Origin: Takakia lepidozioides
Taxonomy: Eukaryota; Plantae; Bryophyta
Direction of reading: 5' to 3'
DNA length: 64,000 nucleotides
Assembly: GCA_030704615.1 (NCBI GenBank)
Contig: CM060733.1
Span: forward strand, 71,982,001-72,046,000
In this document: piece after piece, positions 39,969-51,489 of the stretch
How positions within the stretch are numbered: the stretch's first letter is position 1
Layout of the letters: each line of letters starts with the position of its first letter
Position numbers and translations under genes: made by a program
Notes under the pieces: model-generated
Seen by the model: only the letters and a program-made list of their open reading frames with translations
Told to the model about the DNA's origin: nothing
The model's database searches: none

Positions 39969-40257
39969 TGTGATAGGCTGTGTTGCGCCTGTGCTGGGCT
40001 GTGATAGGCTGTGTCATGCCGTGATGGCTGTGATAGGCTGTGTGTCACGCCGGCTGGGCTGTGATAGGCTGTGTTGCGCCGTGCTGGGCTGTGATAGGCT
40101 GTGTCACGCGTGATGGGCTGTGATAGGCTGTGTCACGCCGTGCTGGGCTGTGATAGGCTGTGTTGCGCCTTGCTGGGCTGTGATAGGCTGTGTCACGCCG
40201 TGATGGGCTGTGATAGGCTGTGTCACGCCGTGATGGGCTGTGATAGGCTGTGTCACG
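39969..40257. repeat. GGCTGTGA-family satellite (30-bp unit)
   Basis: GGGCTGTGATAGGCTGTGTCACGCCGTGAT repeats, running into the gap. Confidence 0.9.
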
Positions 40258-40329
40258 TTTGTTTTGCCCACCCCGGTCATATATACTGGGCCTAGCGACA
40301 AGTGTTCCATACTCCGTTCGTAACACTGG

Positions 40330-43300
40330 TGCAGCCCGTGACTGCTCTTGCGGTTCAACATGCAAATCATGCTGCAGGGGTTTGTCATGGATACCACTGT
40401 ACCCCTTCAACTTATTTGCATTGACTCTTCCCAGCATTTCTTTGTTAATGGTTTGTAACATGGCTGTGTTGTTATCATACATCTTTTGTATGACATAAGG
40501 TCCTTTCCATGGTGATTTAAGCTTAGAAGCTTGAATCTTTCCTTTCTTCTGCAACCATAGAACCAAATCCCCCGTCTTAAAAGTCTTTAATTTGCCTTCA
40601 TCAAACTGTTCCTTTCGCTTCATCTGAATTCTGGTCATATTATCAGCTGCATCAGCACGTACTTCTTCCACATGGTATAATTCATGTTTCCTGACCTTGA
40701 TGGAGTCTTGCAATTCCATTCTTTTTCCCCACTCCGTTCTCATGGTAGGTAACAGGAATTCCACTGGAAGTAAGGCTTCCATACCATAAACTAATTGGAA
40801 TGGTGTATACTTTGTGGTGACTTTATACGAAGTCCTGTATGACCATAAAGCTGTCAGCAGCTTTGTATCCCAATCCGTTCTGTTTGCATTGACTATCTTA
40901 GCCAAGATAGTACATAGTATTTTGTTGGTAGCCTCTGCCTGTCCATTACCCTGTGGGTAATATGTTGTACTCTTTCTATGCACAATCATAAACTCTTTAG
41001 TCAATAACTCAATGGTCTCATTCATGAAGTGACTTCCTTGATCACTGATAAATTCTAAGGGACATCCAAATCGTGTAAGTATGTTCTCGTACAGGAACCT
41101 TGCTGTGGACTTGGCTGTGTTGTCCCTCAAAGCTTTAGCTTCCACCCACTTTGTAGTATAATCAGTGGCTGTAATTATGTACCTGTTTTGTGTATTCTTG
41201 GATGGTGGATTAATTGGTCCAACAAAGTCTAGTCCCCATTTCTGAAATGGTTCCGTAGGCATTGTAGGATGCAAGGCCATTCTTCCAGATCTCTGCAAAG
41301 GTCCTAGCCTCTGACATTCATCACACTTCTGACAATACTCATGTACATCTTTGAACAAAGTAGGCCACCAGTATCCTGCGAGTAGTATCTTTCTACTGGT
41401 AGTCTCTTCTCCAAAATGACCTCCAGCCACTCCTTTATGAACTTCCTCCAAGACTTTATTTACTTCATGGTGGTACAAGCATCGTTTTAGTACTCCATCA
41501 GGTCCTAACTTATACATTCTGCTTCCTACCATAGTATAAGGTAAAGCTCTGATAGCAATTCTCTTCCTCTGCTCCTTACCATAACTAGGTGGGCACTGAC
41601 CATGAGCAAGGTAGTATCTGATTGGCCACTGCCAATCTAACCATTCATCTGCACTTCCTTGCACCTCCATTACAAATAAACTCGCATCAGGTAACTGATC
41701 GTCCACTCCTGTGGCGGCCTCTCCTGTTGTTAGTCGTGACAAATGATCTGCCACAAGATGCAAACGGCCAGGCTTGTAAATAACCTCGAACTCAAACTCA
41801 TGCAAGATTATTAACCACCTCGCTATCCTTCCACTTATCAAAGGTTTGTTCACCAGATATATCAGAGCCTGGTGATCCACATAAAACATAAACTTTCTTC
41901 CCAATAGGTAATGCCTGAATTTCTTCACTGCATAGATCATTGCCAATGCTTCTCTTTCCGTTGTGCTATAGTTCCTCTCAGCACTGTTCATCAACCGGCT
42001 AGCATAGTACACAGGTGAATCTATATTCCCTGTAACATTCTGGGCTAACACGCTCCCAACGCTTCTCCTGATGCATCGCAGTGAACATGAAATACTACAT
42101 GCCAGTGAGGGTTAATCAGCACAGGTGTAGTTGTTACTGACAGTGTAAGTTCCTCAAACGCCTGTTGACATTCAGCTGTCCATGCAAACACTGCATCTTT
42201 CTTCAGAAGCTTGCTCAATGGTGCTGCTATTTGTGCATACCTTTTGACAAATCTTCTGTAATAACTGGTTTGCCCAAGGAATCTCCTTAAACTCTTAACA
42301 TTCACTGGTGGTGGAGAGACTTTAATGGACTCTGTCTTCCTGGGATCCACAAGGAGTCCCTTCTTACACACAATGTGTCCCAGAAGCACCCCTGAGTTCA
42401 CACAGAAAGTACACTTCTCTGGGTTCAAGCCCAGACCTCTCATCCTGCATCTGGCCAGGCATAACTCCAATTTATGCAAGTGCTCATTCTTAGAGCTGTA
42501 CACACTGAAATCATCCAAAAACACCTGCATGAAATCATCCAGATACTCTTGAAAAGATTCACTTATCACTCTCTGAAAGGTCGCTGGTGCATTACAAAGT
42601 CCAAAGGGCATGACTTTGTATGCATAAGCCCCCCAGTCTGTGATGAAAGCTGTTTTCCCTTGGTCTTCTTCTGCCACTTGCACTTGATTATAACCACTGA
42701 AGCCATCCATGAATGAGTACATCTCATGGCCTGCCACAGTGTCTAATACTGCTTCTGTGAATGGCAAAGGGAAAGGATCTTTCTTCGTACAATCATTCAG
42801 CTTCTTATAGTTCACACATACTCTTAGTTTGCCATTCTTCTTGGGAACTATAACAATGGGTGACAACCAAGTTGTATACTCTATTGGGTATATAAACTTA
42901 GCCTCAGCCAACTTCTTTATCTCTTCTCCAACCTTCTGTGCGTAGTTGGGATTCATTCTATACCTCGCCTGCTTGATTGGTACTGACCCTGGTTCCAGTT
43001 CAATTTTATGCTGACAGACTTCAGGTGGTATCCCTTTTAGATCCTCATAGCTCCAAGCAAATACATCTCTGTATTTGATGAACAAGCTTTTAGCTTCTTC
43101 GAAGAACTCTGGCTCCAAATCAGCTCCTACTTTCACCATTCTCGGTTCCTCCTGAGTTCCCACATTTACTTCTCTCACCTGCTCATCAGCTGTGATTGTC
43201 CAACCAGTCACCACTTCATCCTTTAAGCTCACAGTGGCTGGTTCTTCTAGGATTTCTATCTCTCCCTCCTTTTCTTCATAGAAATGTGGTGGGTAACAGT

Positions 43301-43379
43301 TGGTTTCCTCTTCAATTGGTGTTGCTGTCACTACACCACAGCAGATACCTCTCAAACAACTTAGGCTTTCCAGCCGCAT
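40330..43379 (-). pseudogene. RT-RNase H-integrase (frameshift at ~42050)
   Basis: ORFs 42045-43379 and 40045-42051. Confidence 0.92.
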
Positions 43380-43394
43380 CTCTGCAACCTGCTC

Positions 43395-46394
43395 TCATTC
43401 TGGGTGTGCAGCAAATAAGGTAGCTTCCTGCTCCTCATCCAGTCCTCCCTTCCAGTCATACTCTCTGACTCCTCGAGGTCTTCTTGTCGCAGGTAATCTA
43501 CTAGATTTCTTTGTGGTAATTTGTATCTCGTGCATCCCATTATGCACAGTTAGTAACTGAGAATTCCAGTCATGGAATACCCTTGCCTGTTTCAGCCACG
43601 GACGTCCCAATAATAAGGAGTAAGCCTCCATGACTTCATCCATTTTTAATACAGTTACTGTGATCATAAAGATCATTTTCTGTATCTGTATCTTAACTCC
43701 TCTTATTAATCCCAATGGCTGTACACTTCTTTGATCTGCCATTGTTACTGTAAATGGGGCTGGTTTCATGTTATTTAGACCAAGCTTCTTCCTTAATTGG
43801 TCTGTCATGATATTTACTCCAGAACCACCATCTATCAGTACTTCAGTTAGTTCTGTGCTTCCAATTCTCAATTGGATTACTGGCATAGAATCATCAAAGT
43901 CCATGACTGGTTCTCGCCCTTCCGGCTTCACATTATAACTGGTCACCTTGCTGTTCAGGTCTGTGTTTCCTGTCTCTTGGGCAATTCGATTGATTGCCTG
44001 ATACAGCCTGTGCCTACAATAAGGTGCCACAGCTAATAGCTGTCCAATGGTAATTTCTGCTTTGGTCTGACATATTACTTCAGCCAAAGTCTCTTCATTA
44101 CTTTGCCTGTCTGCATCTTCTTTTTTCCTTTCTTCCTCACTCCCCTCTTTTTCTCCATCCGAATCAGAGGAATCTGCCACAGGAATATCCGTACTCTTTT
44201 GCATTTCCCTTATAGTATCTGCCACTTCCTTGTGCAGTTCCTTCTCATCCTTCCAAGTCTCTTCATCTTCAGGCATATCATTGCCACTTCCAGTCTCATC
44301 TTCTTCCTCTTCTACTGGAGGTATTAGTTTGGCTTTACTTCTTGTTACTATCATTGTACTTACTTCTGGTACAACACATGGCCTAACCATGTGAGCTGCC
44401 ACCACTGGGCCCTCATTCACAGGAGCTCTCATCTCATTCTGGTGTCTTATCCAGAATGAACAGGCTGCCTTGCGATGTCCTGGCTGATTACAATAGTAAC
44501 ATAGCTCTTCACCATTGGGTCCTCGCCCTTGGTCTGGTCTTGGATTATTTCTATAATCCTGATTTCCGGGCTGGTAATTCCCCTTGGATTACCCTGATAT
44601 TGCCTCTGGAATTTCCTTGGTAATTCCCTCTTGAATTACCTCTCCCTTCCATGCCATTGTTATAGCCACCAGACCTACCATAGTGGTCCTGATCATTGCT
44701 TCTTCTTGGCTGGGGCTGCACCTGATGCACCCTCACTTGCCTAGGTTCTCTTGCAGCTGTCCTTCTGTTGTAGTAACAATTCTCAGTAGAATGGTTATCC
44801 ATTTTACAGATAGTACAGTGTTTCTCCTTCATGTGGCATTCTGTAGTGGTATGGCCTTCATTCTGGCACTTTGCACACCATACACCCTTCCTCCAATGTG
44901 TTGCAGCCTCTGTGGCATACTTCTTCAAGATTTCTTCCAATCTTTTCTCATAGTTATCCCTCTTCAACTTTTCCTTTCTCTTACTCTTTCTTTTTAGTTC
45001 TTGCTCTTCTTCTTCATCTGACTCATCTTCAGAGTCCTCATCTTCCTTTTTCTCTCTCCTGAGCATTCCCAATTGCTCAATTCTGTTTGCAGTTTCAAAT
45101 GCCTCCTCCACTGTATTATGGGTAACATATCCACTTTCTTCTGCAACTCTGGTCTTAGTCCACTCACAAACCAAGTCTTCTGTAAACCGGGTGCTGGTAC
45201 TGCAGCCAGCTTTTTCATCATCAATTCCATCTTCTCCATATACTCTTCAACAGTTTCATGCTTCTTCTGCTTCAGCTGTTGTAAACTTCCATACACTTCA
45301 TCCTCAGTTTTACTTGTCCTGAACCTATTTCGAAATGCTGTATTCAAGCCATTCCAGGTTAGGAAATGATTATCAGGGAATCTTGCATACCATTCACTTG
45401 CTTTCTTGATAAGTGAACAAGGAAACAGTCTCATCTTGGCATCATCGCCATTCTCATTGTTCACTATACACATGTGCTCAAATTGGCTAATGTGTACATC
45501 GGGATCCCCTTTTCCTGAATATATTGGAAAGGGTGGTTTTGCCCGTGTTGGTTGTAACGCCATCTGTGGCCCTACCTTCTGCCCACTGACAGGTGCTGGC
45601 ACCCTTGCTGGTGCTGGTCCTTCTGGACCTGTTGTTTTTGTGGTGGATCTTCCACCAAGTGGTGGCCCTTGAGCACTCCCTGCTTCTGGCCCCACGATAT
45701 TCACAGTATTCCCAGCTTCAGTTGCACTACTTCCCACACTCCCTGTCCCCTCAGAGCCAGATCCAGGCAGCCCGCCTGATCCCCCTGAGCCGACACCTTC
45801 GTTGGCCTGTGATCCAAGTGCTCCACTTGATCCAGGTCCAACGGGTTGGGATGTCCTGGTTGTAGTCTCAACCTCAGCTGTTGGGTCTACTTCTTCATAT
45901 TCTTCCTCTTCCAATTTCTTCTCTCTGTTTTCATCCTCCAAGTTCTGCCCTTGGGTTTCTTCTTTCACTCATAACTCAACTGTAATGGTGTTTGGAGAGT
46001 CTGAACTCTCCGTTGGCTCTGCCACATCACTATCTCCTTCTTCATCTTCTGCTTCAGAAACTGGAGTTCCTGCTTTTGGTGTTCCATGCCAACTCTTATC
46101 AAAGATTTCTGTCAAGTCTTTTATCCAAGGATGTACCTCAGATCTTTCACCTCGTGATTGATCTTCTTCCTGTACCAATTCCTTTAATCTTTCTTGCAAA
46201 GAAACAGAAGGAGTGGCATCCAACTCTAGTTCTTCCGGTATAGGTGATGCACTTTTTGATCTTGATGGTGTGAGAGGTCCAGATGATTCCCCTATGTCTA
46301 TTCCTCTCTCCCAAAGATATGGATAATTAGCTTTCAGATAGCTTTCTCTTTTTGATGAATATCTTTGTCGTCTAGCTTCTCTTTCATCACTCAT
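43395..46394 (-). pseudogene. gag (zinc knuckles) and aspartic protease, broken by stops and frameshifts
   Basis: YSGKGDPDVHISQF...LFPCSL..ASEWY; CAKCQNEGHTTTEC; CTICKMDNHSTENC; LIDGGSGVNIM. Confidence 0.85.
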
Positions 46395-46979
46395 GTCCCA
46401 TGTCTTTCATTTCTTTTAATGTGGCAATAACCAAAACTCTCTTCTGTAATATCTCTCGTATTGCCTGGATTTCTTTCAAGCTTCAATGCACCCTTGGCTA
46501 TACTTGAAGTCTCCGTTACCATATAACCATATGGCAAACAAGTCTGAAAAGCTGTTCTTGGGTGTGAGTTGATCCACAAAATATCCTTTGGAATCCAATT
46601 CTTTACCAGTACAAGCTCTTCATGCATATGAGTATAAACATTCACCTTTCTTTCTTCCCAACTTTCAAACTCTACTCGTTTAATGGATAGCAACGCTATC
46701 ACATAAACTAATGTTGGTAACCACGTGCTCTTCCTCTACAGGCTACCTGATAAATCTTTATCACTCCTTTCTCCAGACCCCATTCTGGATCAGCATCATG
46801 CACTCGTTTAAGAATATTTTCTTTACATCCGTCTGGCAATTCCAAGAACCTTTGAAAGAATTGTTTGGACAATCTTTCTTCTTCGTTCCACAGGGAATTT
46901 GATTCACTTCAAACTCTTTAATGGTCCAACCTCCATGATCCCACCAGATGCCTGTCACATCTGGTTGTTCATGTCCCAG

Positions 46980-46998
46980 GTCCCCAGTATGGTCGCCA
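46980..46998 (-). promoter_or_regulatory. primer-binding site (tRNA-Arg-like, as in Tat/Ogre)
   Basis: TGGCGACCATACTGGGGAC, 2 nt inside the LTR end. Confidence 0.7.
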
Positions 46999-47000
46999 AA

Positions 47001-47609
47001 TGTCGCGCGGCTTTTACTCACCACCCATCCGAGGCGGAAACTCCAAGATAGAAGAGTTGGAAATCTCTAAGTACTCAGCCCGCGCAGAACAATCAGTCAT
47101 GACCTACAGCTAGTGTATCATGGGGGTGTTTCCTATTTGTTTCCTTTTCCGCATTCATCTTTGCTACCTTACCATTGATAATTAAGTATCAGTTTGCTTC
47201 ATCAATTTATCGGTTTCCTTAACTCCTCCATTCAATCCACAGCTTCACTCAGATCTCTCTACACAGTGTGATTGTATCGTATAAGTATCAGATTATGATT
47301 TATCAGGTAGCAGGCCGAATCCATTATGTCTCTAATCTACTCTACAATATCACTCTAGCTTTGCATATGACAAGCTTCTACTAATCCTCTTTTCTCCTTC
47401 ATCGTGCTCTCCGATCTCCGCTCCCGCCTGTCTCCGAAGTCCCTCCGAATAATCCCCTTCCTATTCCCCGTTCTTCCCTTTATCCTCCTATCCGCGGTTC
47501 TAACCGTTTCCCTCTCTAACCGTCGTATGTGAACTAACATGTTCCCTTCACTGGTGTTGTTCCCCACAGTCGTTCCCTGTCCTACTCTTCGTTCCCTATT
47601 ATCGTGACA
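47001..47609 (-). repeat. 5' LTR (609 bp; TGTCACG...CGCGACA)
   Basis: Inverted termini and an adjacent PBS. No second copy in the window. Confidence 0.7.
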
Positions 47610-47827
47610 GCTGTGTCAAGCGGTGACTGGCTGGTTTGGCTGTGTCGGGCTGTGACTGGCTGTGTGGGCTGTGTCTGCTGTGACGACTGTGACGGGCTGT
47701 GTGGGCTGTGTGGGCTGTGACGACTGTGACGGGCTGTGTTGGCTGTGTGGGCTGTGTGGGCTGTGACGACTGTGACGGGCTGTGTTGGCTGTGTGGGCTG
47801 TGACTGCTGTGTCGGCTGTGTGGGCTA
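47610..47827. repeat. GGCTGTG-family satellite
   Basis: 9-10 bp units GGCTGTGTG / GACTGTGAC. Confidence 0.85.
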
Positions 47828-47995
47828 TGTAACCCCCTTCTACAGTGCGCTGCTGTCACCCCTAAGGTTCCTGTTTGTCTCAGTCTGTGCAAAATTTAAG
47901 GGTACCCTACAGATCCCGTATAAGTGTCTAAGTCCCCTACAGTCCTCTAACAGCCTCTAAACCACCAGTACTACCCAGACAAGACCCTATCCACA

Positions 47996-48945
47996 TTGCC
48001 CACACCTACCCCTTCTGGTTCATACATCCAGTCCCGGACCCCCCAACACCCAAAACCAATCCGGAACCTTATGAGCACACTCACCCGCGAAGCTAACAAA
48101 CAAGCTGTGGCCTCCATCAGCCACACCAAAGCACACATCCAAAAATGGACTCAATCCACAATTCTCCATCACAAACTATCAAACCACTTTTGGCACACCA
48201 AAGCCGTGACTGATGCACAAATACGACAAACACTCAAATTTTGGTATGCACAATACATGGGCCACCAACGCAAACACATTTTCTGGCCGCACCTGTTCCC
48301 TTCCCCGTTCTGCCCGCTATGCTTAAACACCCAACATGTATGTGACACCTGGCCACACCTTCTAAGCCAATGTTCCCACCCAATCATCCATGGCCTCCAT
48401 ATCACCCGCCACAACCACGCAGTGTGGCATATCCATAAACTTCTCCTAAGTCGTGCCGAAACTCGCTGGTTCTCCCTCATCAATGCTGGCACTTACCAAG
48501 GCCGGCCACCAGACCACACTATACCACCATGGCTGCTACCATGTACGTGCCCCCGGTCGCCATGTACATGCCCCGCCCGATTATGCCCAGATATTCTACT
48601 TGTTCAGGGCCTACCGACTACCACCCTGCCCCCCACTACACCATCCTCACTACTCACCATTCACTTCATTCAATTCACATACTGCCATGACCGCTACCCC
48701 CATGATTCAATTCTAGAAAAACGGCAAAAATACGCACCACTCATCCTTGCACTCTGCCATAGGGGTTGGTCCACTGGCCCTCTCACTGTCATCACTGCCG
48801 GCACTAGAGGTGCAAGCATCCACAATGCCAGCATTGATGCCTAACATAGCAACTTCAACATTCCCCTCCCCCCTATTCACAAATGCTTCAATCTCACGGC
48901 GCTATGCTCCCTCACAGCTATCATCACCAACAAGTGACAACTGGA
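47996..48945 (+). pseudogene. LINE C-terminus: CCHC zinc finger plus restriction-like endonuclease
   Basis: CPLC...DTWPHLLSQC, ITRHNHAV, RLCPDIL, IHFIQFTYC, EKRQKY, ITAGTRG. Confidence 0.8.
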
Positions 48946-49162
48946 ATCCACCTCCACGCCGGCACCCTAGGAACCCCAGGGTCCCCTTGGTACCCTGGGG
49001 TACCATTGATACCACTCGACCCCCCGGTTACTTGGTGTCCCACATGACACCTATTACACTTATAGGGCCCACCCCCGACAGGGGGCAGTAGCCGCAAGGT
49101 GAAGTGGCTCTTAGTTACGCCGGCTTTTTGCCGGAGTCATCTCTCTCTCTCTCTCTCTCTCT

Positions 49163-49370
49163 CTACCACCTCCATCACCTGGATCGTAACCTCATCACAA
49201 CTATTGTGAACCTTGCCATCTCCATTGACCACACCATACACTTTATCAAAGTTCGCTCCCACACCGGTATTAGCGGCAATGACATGACAGACCTCCTCGC
49301 TCAAGCGGGTGCATCCAAACCCCCACCGGATCCCATGGATGATCCCATTCACATTGCTCATACCCACCCA
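49163..49370 (+). mobile_element. LINE RNase H C-terminal half (continuation of 36380-37237)
   Basis: YHLHH...IHFIKVRSHTGISGNDMTDLLA. Confidence 0.8.
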
Positions 49371-49630
49371 TTTTGGGAACCACCACCAGTCTGGCCTGTG
49401 GCAAGTGGTACAGATCTTACCCTGGAGGAGGCCGATGCTCTGGGATGTGCAGGGTTTTGACTGGTGGAGAGGACAGACATTCCTCGAAATCCAAATCATC
49501 ATCCTCCTCCCACAAAAAACTCTTCACCCCGCATACCGGTGGGTGACCCCGCAGCTTGGCCGACACATCGGTGGGGGAAACTGAAAAGACGGCGGCCACC
49601 AACAGAGGCAAACAACCAGGATGGCCAACG

Positions 49631-49957
49631 TGTCAAGTTATTTTACCACTAGTGTGAAACTAGCTAGGAAATAGCTAGCTTTTACATATTGACATTTGGG
49701 ATTGGCCCAAGTGTCAATCCAGGGGTCAAGGCAGATTTAGGCCCTGGAGTGGTTATCTTCACGGCAAGCGCATGAGGCTCATCTTTCTCGAGTTGAGCCT
49801 CACCGCGCCTAGCTATGGCGCCGTAGTGTGGATTCCCCATGGCGTGGGGTGCACTTGGCTTGACTTGTATTTGAGTGATGAGGTTATATATGCATGAGTT
49901 TATGCTTCAGCTTTGTGAGCTCGCATGAGCTTGTGCTTGTATTCTTCTTCTTTATCA
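49631..49957 (+). repeat. terminal repeat A1 (3' part of the LTR, 327 bp)
   Basis: Matches 62418-62744. I noticed one mismatch. Confidence 0.95.
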
Positions 49958-49969
49958 CTCGAGAAAGAT
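49957..49969 (+). promoter_or_regulatory. putative self-priming PBS
   Basis: ACTCGAGAAAGAT is the exact reverse complement of ATCTTTCTCGAGT at 49781-49793 within the repeat. Confidence 0.65.
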
Positions 49970-51489
49970 CAGCTCGTATCTATGAGTGCTAGATACGAGT
50001 TAGTTGTAGCACTTGTGGTCTTTGCTTGAGAATGAGAGAAACCAAGTTGTTATGCAAGAAGCACCATGGAGCTCTTGGTTGTTAGAAGCGGAGGCGATGT
50101 GGGTTACGAGGTGGTAGACCTTGGCATTCGATCTTCAGCTTCAGAGATGAAAGCACCATGCTGCAGGTAATTCCAGAGCACCTTGATGGTTTCAGATTGT
50201 GTACATGCATGAGCAAGCACGATTGGGAAGAGGACCAGTCAAGAGCAAGTTATAGTGGCTTTGGTGGCAAAGCTGAGAACTGGACTTGGGAATGCGAGCT
50301 TTCATTGTGTGAAGGATTGCAAGACCAAGCGAAAGGGCTGATTTGACTTGGGGCAAATCAATGCACTTTGTGGAGTATGGTGAGATTGGGTTTCAATCTC
50401 GAGCTTCAGCATTGAGAGGGCTCTTGTCATGGCAAGAGCAGGGCTGGAACAGGAGCTAAGAGGTGCGGCAAGGCCATGGAATGTGCACCTAGGGTTTCAG
50501 AGCTCGGAAGAAGAGCTCTTGCACCACAAGAGAAGTGTCTTGTGGCTGGAAATGTAAGCCTTAGGGTTTCAGGAGCTTGGCAAAGGCTGTGGAGTGCTTA
50601 GTCTTGTCTTAGAGAGCATCAAGGAGCCAAGGAGCCAAGATAGGGGGCTGATATCTCTTGTGTGAAGAGGTTGCATGTGTGGAGCATGTATTCAGCTCAT
50701 TGAAGCTTACATCTTCAAGCTTGGAGGGCAAGCAAGGAAGAGGGAAGGGCTGACTTCCCTTATGTGAGGGCAATGTATGTGTGGAGCATGCTATCAGCCT
50801 GGTGAAGGCTTGCACTTTTAGGTGTGGGAGTGCAAGGAAGGAAGGAAGGGGCTGGTTTCCCTGTAGGGCATGTAGAGCATGCTTTCAGCCTGCTGAAGCT
50901 TGTATTTTCAGGTTTGTGGGTGCAAGAAATGAAGCAAAGGAGCTGATTCTCTTATGGTGAGAGTGGGGCATGTGTGGAGCATGCCTTCAGCCCATTGGGG
51001 CTCTTGTTTTCAAGCCTTAGAGAGCTAGAACGGAAGGTCTAGGGCTGGTTTCCACTTGGAGTGAAAGAAAAGCACTTGTAGGGCCTATGTGAGTTGGGGT
51101 TTCAACTTCAAGCTTGAAGGGAGCGCAACTCTTGAAGCAACAGGTGTAGAGGGCTGGAATAGGCTCTAAGACAGATGCTATGGCCAATGAGAGTGCTTGA
51201 ATGAGTGCTCACAAGGGTTGGGAACCAGCAGGGCTTGGTTGTTTGCCATTGAGTTTAATGGCGTGTTTGGGGAGGCTAAGTGAGAAAGAAGGCTTGGTTT
51301 GTGGCAACCACCTCATGACTTAGGGCTACTATGGTGGTGTGTGGGAGCCGAAAGAGCAAGGATACCTTGCTGATTTCCTCACAGCCACCATAGCTTGGTG
51401 GAAAGAAGCCTAGAGTCCAAGAGACACAAACCCTAGCTTGGCGTGGCTAAACCCCTTGGAGAAATGGCTAAACTGCCAGAGCGGCCATG

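Larger units (their letters stand above)
40251..47609 (-). mobile_element. Ty3/gypsy non-chromovirus (Athila/Tat/Ogre-type PBS), degenerate; no matching 3' LTR
   Basis: LTR-like 47609-47001, PBS, extra 5' ORFs, gag, PR (VLIDGGSGVN), RT (FLDDFSVYS), RH, INT (GGHFG..CQKCDEC, WGLDFVG, ISDQGSHF, NGQAE). Confidence 0.9.
37238..49162 (+). mobile_element. RLE-type (Dualen/RandI-like) non-LTR retrotransposon block with nested insertions
   Basis: 15-bp direct repeat CTACCACCTCCATCA at 37223-37237 and 49163-49177, and a (CT)n tail. The block spans an N gap, so continuity is inferred. Confidence 0.65.

Noticed and set aside
38716-40113. ORFs spanning X runs
   Set aside because: Artefacts of the N gap.
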